64,000 bases of DNA, taken from the NCBI GenBank assembly GCA_004431415.1, contig QPMI01000098.1, positions 116,890 through 180,889 of the forward strand, in the 5' to 3' direction. A program made the position numbers and the translations under genes. The DNA comes from Cyanophora paradoxa CCMP329. Taxonomy: Eukaryota; Plantae; Glaucophyta. The notes beneath the pieces were generated by a model, which saw only the letters and a program-made list of their open reading frames with translations, searched no databases and had not been told where the DNA came from. This document shows positions 55,256 to 64,000 of the stretch, in pieces; positions within the stretch are counted from its first letter, which is position 1; each line of letters begins with the position of its first letter.

Positions 55256-55561
55256 TCAAGCCAAAGTGATTAAATTCGATCCAAGGGATTGGTAAACAGT
55301 TGAAAGAACTTGCAGGTTGGATGTCATTGCTTTAATGTTGTTATCACACTCATTGTATTTAGCAACAGGGTCACCATATGCAGCTTGAGCAAGGACATTA
55401 ACCAAGAGGTTTTTATACTCATTTACAACTGGTGAGAGCTTGTTAGTTTGCTGAATCGTTTTTTCAACTGTTTGTAATGCGTTTACAAGGGTGATTGTAT
55501 CAAAAGAAAGTGCAACAGGCTCAGTAGAATAGGTGGTTCCACCAAGAGGATAGGTCGCCAT
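55256..55561 (-). CDS. Viral hypothetical helical protein (101 aa)
   Basis: ATG directly abuts the stop of the upstream fibre gene. Confidence 0.6.
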   Translation of the reverse strand: MATYPLGGTTYSTEPVALSFDTITLVNALQTVEKTIQQTNKLSPVVNEYKNLLVNVLAQAAYGDPVAKYNECDNNIKAMTSNLQVLSTVYQSLGSNLITLA

Positions 55562-58500
55562 TTATAATACTGTGATATTTTTAATTTGGTCTATTTGACT
55601 TTGGAGATTCTCACAGGTTTGTGTTAAATCTTTGCATTTTTGGGATAACTCCTTCACTGCTTCAATGAGAACCGGAATTAAACCTGTGTATGCAAGGGTC
55701 AAATAATTTTCGTGATTTTTACCTACTACTTCTGGTATGACTTTTTCGACATCTTGCGCAATCAAACCTAAGTTTACTTTCTGTTTTCCATCACCAATCT
55801 TTTTGTAACTCACACCCTGTAATTTCTCAATTGCTGAAAGGGCGCCGGTTATATTTTTAATGTCGGTTTTGTATCTTCTATCACTTCCTTGTGTAAGCCA
55901 TCCCAAAAGTAAACGTCACCATTATTATAAAAAGCTTGCATTGTTATATCATTTCCTGCTCTAAAATGGATCATTTCGTAACCATAACCTTTAATGTATG
56001 TAGTTGATGATGAACCGAAATAAACTCTCCCATTACCTTCATCTGATGTTATCCAAGTTCCGGTTGCCCAAGTTGTGCGAGCATCTTTACTATATACATT
56101 ATCCCAGCTGATCATACCATTTGCTGGTGAGGTTCTCCCTTTTTCTTTCGTCCATCCAACCATACCAATATAACATCTCCCTTTTCTTGCAACAAATCTA
56201 ACATGTGAGAAATAATCACAAGCAAAAGAAGCCCACGCCAACCATCGTGATAATCTGTGGTTCCATAATTTGAGACAGTCTGATAAGTATTAACTCGCAT
56301 AATGTGGAACCATCTACCCGATCGATAACCTCCAATATCGAAATATCGACAATTCGACCAACACAAATATTGGACATGACATGTTTGCATATTTGCTGGG
56401 ACTTCAATTTGCGCCCAATCACCACTTGTCGAATCACCTTCAACAATACTATAAAATCCATCGACGGATTAGAATAAGAAGCTGTCCAACCTGACACCCA
56501 AGATCCACTAAATGATAGACCACCACTACCTGTTCCACTCCAAGTATCAAAACCTGTAATATTTCCAACTAAATTCGTTGTTAGTAGATTTGGCTTACTA
56601 TAAATGTTATCCAAGAAACATAACCTGTGTGACCACCATAACTACTTCCTGTCCAAGTGCGAGTAAATCCAATGCCCATTATGTAAACTCTTCCTACCTT
56701 TGGAATAATACGAAGGCGAATAAAGCGATTTCCCAACATAATAGGGACATTTTGTAAACCATTGTGGTTTCCATCTGGTGCGCTTTCATATTGATGATAA
56801 CTATTCACTCTTGCAATGAAAACCGCATTTCCTTGTCTATTAATTCCCCAAATCTCAAAGTAACGACAATTTACCCAAGGGAGATATAATAAGTGGGCTG
56901 TTCCCGTATATAATCAGTGGGTATTGTGTAATCAACCATGAGCGTTTACAACTGTGTCGCCACTCTCATTATTGTAAGCATACCCACCGTAATTGTAATA
57001 GGGTTCCCATGCTGTTCACCTTCAAACCCCAACCTCCTGCATAACCATGTGGCGAATTTCCTGCAACTGATGCATCATATTCTACACATCGAGGCATTGT
57101 TTTGTCGCCAAATTTATAGTTTGTAGTTGCATTTATTGAACCCCATTAATAATTGTTCCACTTATAGTCGGAGCGGATACAGTATTATTCACCCAAAGGT
57201 TGCCGTTTTCATAAGATTTTAATAATGCTGCATCCCCTGAGTTTCTGAATTCGATGCAAACGCTGTCACTATTGGTCTACCTCGAATATATGTAGTGCTG
57301 GCGTTTCCAAAATAAAACCGCTCATAGTTGTCAGTTGATTTAAGCCATGTCTGGACAGCCCATGTTGCTGTTTGTGGGAGGTCTGCGGCTGTAAATAAAG
57401 CGGGACGACTGTAAATATTATCCCAACTAATCAAACCATTCGCTGGTGCTGTTCTTCCTACTTCTTTTGTCCATCCAAGCATTCCAATGTGAATTCGTCC
57501 TTTCTTTGCAAAAATTCCAATATGAGAGAAATTCCCACAAAATACGGAAGTCCATAATAAACTCGAATGCCAATTTGTGTCGGCTGTGTTTTGAACATTT
57601 TGATACGTATTCACTCTCATAATATAATTCCAACGACCATTGCGGTATCCATAAATATCAAAATATCTTGAATTCGTCCAACATAAGTATTGTATGTGAC
57701 AGGTTTTCATTCCTGCTGGAACAACACACTGCATGTAGCCACTGCCACTTTCATCATCTGTCTGGTTGCAATAAAAACCCTCTACTGGGTTATCTGTTGT
57801 GGGTTTCCATGCTGTTGTCCAAGCCCCAGCTGGGAATGCTACACCTGTGCTATTCCAACCACTTACAACATCAAACTCGGAATATTTGCCAACAGGATTG
57901 AAAGCAATATTATCGTAATGCAATAATCCTGCATCATTATCAGTTGCTCTTTGTCGACTCCAACCAAAGACACCTGTAAGATAAATGCGACCTTTTCGCC
58001 CTTGAACATATATTTTACTGTAAAATTCGCAGTTTACTGAAGTAAATATTATAGCTGGGTATGTTCCATCTTGAACTGCAACATCCTGAAGTCCTTGATA
58101 GTTATTTATTCGTCTTAGGAAATGTTGATGTCCATTTACAGTTTGCCCGTAAATATCGAAATATCGACAAGTATGCCACAGTAAAGTTGAATATAAAACG
58201 ATTTCATACCTTCTGGAACTGTCCAACGCATAAAACAACCATTACAATCTTCATCATTTTGTGGTATTGTATAACATCCTGTTTGTCCTGTTCTTTGTCC
58301 TGTCCAATTGACTGTCCAATTATTTGCGCTTCTATCTGTTGATACTACATCTAACTGATCAAAATCATAACCTTTTGGAATTGTGGTTCCACCAATTTGT
58401 AGAGTGGTAGCATTCACAGTTCCATTGACAGTCCCACCTGTAAGAGGCAAATAGTTTGCAAGAGCTGTTGTTAACTCTGCATCTGTTGCATAACTGCTTA

Positions 58501-61500
58501 AATCTGCAGAGGTAAGATAACCTTTATTGGTAAGGTAATCATCTGTGACCACTCCTGAAAGGGTTGTATTGTGTAAGTTTTTTGCTGCCATCCTCTGATT
58601 GACTTCTAAGGCGCCACCTGATGTTGTTTTAATCCAGGACATCTCACATTTACCATGATCATCTGTGGGTTGTCCTGCAACTGGAAGGTAGTTTACAACT
58701 TTCTCCTTGTAAACACGATTTTAGGTCTTGCTCCATCATATGGGTCTTGATCTGTTACATTAACTTGAATTGCTGCTGAAAAATTGGCTACTTGTCCTGT
58801 TTCTCCTGGGTGATAATTCGTTACATAGATACTTGGGAAAGTATCATTAACTCCCACATTAAAATCGCCATCATAAACTCCATTAACAATTGGATCCCTG
58901 GGTAATCTTACTGCAAGAGTTCCCACCATTGGGGTTCCTGTTTGACCTGTAAAAGTCCATTGAGACTAACATAATGATCATTCAAAAATAGCCTTTCAGT
59001 GTATTACTGGATTGGTAAAGTGTAACTCCATTGAAAACATTTCCAATCGCATTCAACAGTGCAAATACTGGTTGTTGATCGATTTCACTCCAAGGGTGTC
59101 TGTGATTGCAGTTGGTGATCTGGGAATAATCATGACTGTGTGGATCAGGTGGAAAAGTTAATGGTGGATTTACGATTTGCTCCCATAAATGCCCATGGGA
59201 ACTGGGAGGAATGTTAATGGTGGATTTGTTATATGCTCCATAAATGCTCATGTGCAAAATCTGTTATTTCATCTTTTGTGTGGGTGTGGTTGTCGATCCA
59301 ACCTAAAACTACATTGGATGTAGGATGATTTGGTAGATTTGCTGCAATATTCACAGTCAAATAGTCGACTTCTAGATTACTTCCGTAAATATTGCTTGCC
59401 CATAGATTACTGGTGTAAATGTTACTTGTATAAAGGTTACTGGTGAAAATGTTACTTGTGACTGTAAGGTTTGTGTCATTTTTGATCACAAAAAGAGAAA
59501 GAATGTTTGTTAATTCACCTTCATCAATATATCCTTGCTCTTCTAAATAATCCTCTGTGACCACTCTCGAAATAGTCTCATTGTGAATATTCTTTGCAGC
59601 CATCCTCTGATTGGCTTCCAGAACCCACCATAGTTTGTTTTAATCCATGCAAGCTCTGCCCTTCCATAGTTATCATTTGCAGTTCCCACTATGGGAATAT
59701 AGGAATATTTATCTCGACTGAAAACTATCATTGGTCTTGATCCATCTAGACTGCTTACATCTGCTACATGAACCTGTATAGCAGAGTTGTAATTTTGGTA
59801 GGTTGCTGGGTCTGTTGGGACTCTGAATGTATCTGTGGGAATGTCAGCCTCCATGTAGCTTGACACAAAGATATTTGGTATGGTTGCTCCTGGTTCAGGT
59901 GGTGGATTATAAGAGCCTGGTAATGTCCTAATATGAAGTGGTCCTCTCATAGCTGAATTCGCAAGTGTCCCATTCACATGAACATAGTGGTGATTCAAAA
60001 AGATCCTTTCAGGGACATTGCAAGTCTGGTAAAGAGAAACTCCCAGAGTAGCAAGAGGCTCAACTTTTGCAAATTCTGGTTGGTCATTGATCTCATCCCA
60101 GGTGTGTTCATGGTTGCTTGCTGCAAACTTATCTGGAATCCCATCAATATCACCCCAATCATGCCTGTGGTCTTCTGGTGGGTATTTCTGTGGTTTGCCT
60201 AAGATCTCATCCCAGTCATGATTGTGGTCCTCTGGAGGATATCTCGCTGGTTTATTGTTTATTTGCTCCCAGTCAGGGAAGATCTCGAAAACCTCAGGTT
60301 GCAAACCATCTGGTAACAGTTCCTCATGGGGTCATGGGTTGCTCATAGTCAACAGCTGGGGGATCATGACCATCTGCTAAATACTCCTCATGTGGTTCAT
60401 AATTCTGCTCATACTCATACTCTTGTGGATCATGTCCATCTGCTAAATACTCCTCATGGGTTCATAGTTCTGCTCATACTCATACTCTTGTGGGTCTAAG
60501 CCATCTGGTAATATTTCCTCCTCATTGGGTCATATTGATCATATTCATACTCTTGTGGTCGAAACCATCTGGTAAATACTCTTCCTCATCTGGAACGAAT
60601 TGATATTCATCAAGCTCTAATATATCGACTTCAGGAGGTAAATACTGCTCATCTATTTGCTTTCTGGTTCAATTATAGGTTTATTGCGAACTTGCTCCAA
60701 CTCACAATATGCTGCCCAAAGGCTACATTTCAGTTGCTGTGTATTCTCTTCCAGGCTGCTTCTTTGGTGTTAGATCGGGTGTCCATTGGAAATGGAATAG
60801 GGAATGGACAGTAGGTCCATTGGGACCATAATGCTCAATGATTTCCCTTAGAGTTTTCTCACTAACAAGCTTCTCTCCATTTGCATACACATTGCTGCCA
60901 TGGATATTTCGCCATTGCCTGGTTCGAATTCCAAGGTCTTTCACATTGCTATACAAGGCAAAAGGTGCCTATCCATTTCGACTAAATCAGGATGCAATGG
61001 ATTGCTACTGGTGACTGGGGCTACTGTTGATTGTAATTGATGGCTTTTTTTGATGGACATCTTTTGGAGTAAAGAACCCAAAAGGCTCATTTCTTGCAAA
61101 GTCATATGTAATATCCTTGGGTAGACATCATTGTGTAGAGACCTGATTGTATTGGCAATGGGACCCACTTGCAATACTTGGGGACTCAGCTTTTGCAGTG
61201 CTGCCCTCATTGTAAATTCGTAAAGCTGTGTTCTGTTTGCCCTGCTCATCTTGAACATTGAAAATCAATCGACCACTATCGAACCTGAAGGTATATCTGG
61301 GTGAGTGCCACTGGTTTTCAGTTTCCTAGGTCTCTTCTGGTGGCTTTGATCTCTGCCACTTGGTTTGCTTTCACATTACCCAAACTAAAAGCAACACTGA
61401 CATCCTCTTTATCTGGATCGGTTTGATTCACAGATAAAGCATGCTCCCTTGATTGAGTCTTTGATGAATTATCAGAGCTGTGGTCAATTGAAACTGAACC

Positions 61501-61591
61501 CTTTACTTTATATTATCAAAGTTCACATGCTTGGTGCTGCTTGCATTATCATCTGAATGGTTTCTAGATTGGGTGGGTAATTGAAGCTCAT
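55562..61591 (-). pseudogene. Large fibre gene(s), multiply frameshifted, with a C-terminal peptidase S74 intramolecular chaperone
   Basis: SDRRYKTDI..GLIAQDVEKVIPEVV..LAYTGLIPVLIEAVKEL; fragments match the element 1 fibre (EHTWDEIN.QPEF.KVEP, NQRMAAKNLHN.TLSGVVTDDYL, VPAGMKTC); the frameshifts may be assembly errors; may be more than one gene. Confidence 0.75.
60310..60592 (-). repeat. ~66-bp coding tandem repeat (HEEYLADGHDPQEYEYEQNYEP-like), 4-5 copies
   Basis: Recurrent CCATCTGCTAAATACTCCTCAT / TCATACTCTTGTGG. Confidence 0.8.
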
Positions 61592-61634
61592 GGCTTTTAC
61601 TATATGGATTTATAAAATTCCTGATAAGTAAAAG

Positions 61635-63184
61635 ATGCCTCTCAAAGTAGTTCTCAGTTTGTCAGGGGGAGGTGCAAGGGGCATTATCATAACCAGGCTG
61701 CTCAAAGAAATCGAAAATCGAACTGGCAGGAGAATAATCGATCTTGTGATCTTGTGAGTGGAACTTCCACTGGTGGATCATTGCTATTGGGTTAAACATC
61801 AGGCATCCTGATAAACCAGGTGAACCTAAACTGACAGCAAACGATTTACACAATATTTACCTAACTCAACTGCCCTTGATTTTCGCAAATCCTCGAAATA
61901 TCATTGAAAATGCCCTATTTAACACAAAGTATGATGTGGGACCCTTGGAGACTGCAATCAATTCAGTTACTGGTGAATCACTAATACAGGATTCCCTTAA
62001 GGACATTGTGATCACATCCTTTGATACTCAGAATATGAAACCAATATTTATCACAAATGACAACAATTACAACTTTATGCCTTGTAAGATTGCTGCTAGG
62101 GCTACTTCTGCTGCTCCTACATATTTCTCTCCTGTAAGCATTGTTGATTTCAATCGGGAGTATATGTCTGTCTTATTGATGGTGCCATTTCGGGAAACAA
62201 TAATCCCAGTGTGTGTGGTTACAGCCATGCAAAGAAGATTTACAGTGATGATGATGATATTATAGTAATAAGCATCTCTTGTGGTGAGGTAGACCCACAT
62301 TTAGAGTCTGATTATGTGGGTTATGCTTATGAGACTGTAAACAGCTGGGTATTCTCTCATGGATTGCCTCAACAGATGGAAGCCCATTGATTAACATGCT
62401 CATGGCTGCAAGTGAGCTTTCTGCCCTTGATAAAATGAGGAGCTTTTACCCTACAACTATGATCAGGATTATGGAGATACTATAGGTTATCAGTCCCTCT
62501 TCCAAATCATATAGTAAGCTCCCTGGATGACACATCTAAGATCCCAGACATGCTTGCATTCACTGAAACATACATTGCAGCAAACAATGATATGATCAAT
62601 AAGCTTTGCAGCCTTCTAGTAGCAAACTATGAAACTAAAGAACCCTTCAAAGGCTTACATTTCATCCACTCTCACTACATCACCTCCTTGGATGCCAATT
62701 GGTATCAGCTTGCAGATGATGCCTTTACTGCTCATCCTCTGTGACAGGTAAAGAGCCTTTCATGGCTAGACCTTCAGCATTTGCTGGGAAGCTGGAGCCT
62801 ATGCTCCTGAACAGATATGGGAAACCCCCATGAATACCTTCAAGTTGCTTTTCCATATACTTTTGAACTCTCCTCTGTGATTGCCTATGGATCAGGGACA
62901 CCAATGCTTTTATTAAGACTTTCAATGTGGCAACATCCACTGATGGATCAACTGGTCTTTATTCGATCAGATGGGCAAAACAAAATTATGTCTGTGAGAA
63001 CATTAACAATGCTCACAACTCTGGTGATGTGGCTCTATTGAGTGGGTTCCCTCTCAGCATCAAGGATCTTTTACATAGGTTATTCTCTGAGAATAAGATA
63101 TATTCGCATTATCCCCTTGTGTATGTGAATGCTCCCACAATGAGATTGACTTTACAGGTGCCTTTATTCGATAAACTCAACTGA
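61635..63184 (+). pseudogene. Patatin-like phospholipase (frameshifted), possibly with a C-terminal discoidin-like domain
   Basis: MPLKVVLSLSGGGARGII, SGTSTGG, ATSAAPTYF and IDGA...NNP in successive frames; YLQVAFPYTFELSSVIAYG downstream; end approximate. Confidence 0.8.
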
Positions 63185-64000
63185 AAAGAATTATCGATTC
63201 CATTCATATCAATCAGTTCACCAAGTAATCTTTAAACTCCACAGTGAGTTCCCTTATCACCAGGTTTCTGTCATTGATTTGAATAAATTCTGCTTTCACC
63301 ACTATGGTAAACATAGCCCCCTATATCTTTACTCAATTGCAATCTAAGGATAGCTCCCTGGTTTGTGGTTGCGATTTGGAATTATATTGTGTCTGCTGGC
63401 AAAGGGGACAGCTCTTTAATATGCATGTACAGATACTGCTCAGCATTCATATCAGACATCTTCCTGCTGTCAAAATAATATTGCAAGGGCTTAGAGGAGA
63501 GTCTGGGTCCTGAGAAGGTGATTCCCCATGCTGGGTGATCAGGTGTAATAGGTTTGCCATCATACTTTAAAAGGTTCTCAGGTCGATAGGGAGATCCACC
63601 AACAGGAGGAGTGCTATAATACCCAGTGGTGTATTCAGTAGAACTACACCCAAAAGCTTCCCTATTCTCTGGTTGCTTGCAATAAAACGAAACTCATGGT
63701 TACTGTAAAACTCCACTTTATAGGTTGTTGGTTGTAGAATATCTTGAACTCAAAAGCTACTGTTTTGCCTGCAATAGTTTGGAAGCTTGAATAGTTCAGC
63801 CCATAATTATAATGTGTTGACCCCAAAATGACCCTGATTGATGTAGCCACTGGAAGGGGATACACTTGTTGTGTGATTCACTTGTTATATGAACCATCTT
63901 GGTAATTAAACTGAACTGTTAGATGATCAGTTCCCACACTGTTATAGATACTGTTTGGAATCTCTGCATAGAAACCCTACATTCCCTTGGTCTCTCTACT
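63150..64000 (-). pseudogene. Minor capsid (penton) gene, C-terminal part, frameshifted and cut by the window edge
   Basis: The minus strand reads YLYMHIKEL, ELTVEFKD and ELIDMNGIDNSFQL, matching penton 2 of element 1 (YVYLQIKEF, LTIKWLD, VNFNGVNHSF). Confidence 0.7.

Larger units (their letters stand above)
51372..64000. mobile_element. Second endogenous Polinton-like virus (element 2), left part only
   Basis: Same ACACATAT terminus and fold-back as element 1, AT-rich TIR-like region, and fibre and penton homologues of element 1 genes; the right end is outside the window and the start could shift by 1-2 bp. Confidence 0.88.

Overview
The window is GC-rich eukaryotic (protist/algal-type) host DNA with short GC-rich introns, carrying two AT-richer endogenous Polinton-like viruses (PLVs). 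Element 1 (6433-34273, 27.8 kb) is complete. It has 1476/1475-bp terminal inverted repeats (TIRs) that differ by one base in a G-run, and a 6-bp target-site duplication (TSD), CGCATC. It encodes an rve integrase, a B-family polymerase (putative OTU, C2H2 and EndoVII domains, degenerate exonuclease), a primase-D5 helicase, an A32 packaging ATPase, a major capsid protein, two divergent pentons and fibre proteins. It sits in the last coding exon of a host RING/beta-helix gene, whose frame is restored by precise excision. Element 2 starts at about 51372 and runs off the window. It carries an AdoMet decarboxylase, a DUF723-like Zn-ribbon protein, and frameshifted fibre (with S74 chaperone), patatin and penton genes. 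The most striking signal is at the termini. The two ends share little sequence but have the same fold-back: ACACATAT start, a perfect 28-bp stem, a CTC/TCA 3x3 bubble and a GGC/GCC clamp. Inward of this, each has two tandem iteron-like palindromic cassettes with an element-specific motif, and in element 1 another copy lies right behind the helicase gene. Other host genes are a subtilisin, a NudC-like Nudix hydrolase, a SAM methyltransferase, an F-box/LRR protein and two unknown proteins. All calls come from motif recognition by eye; no searches were run.
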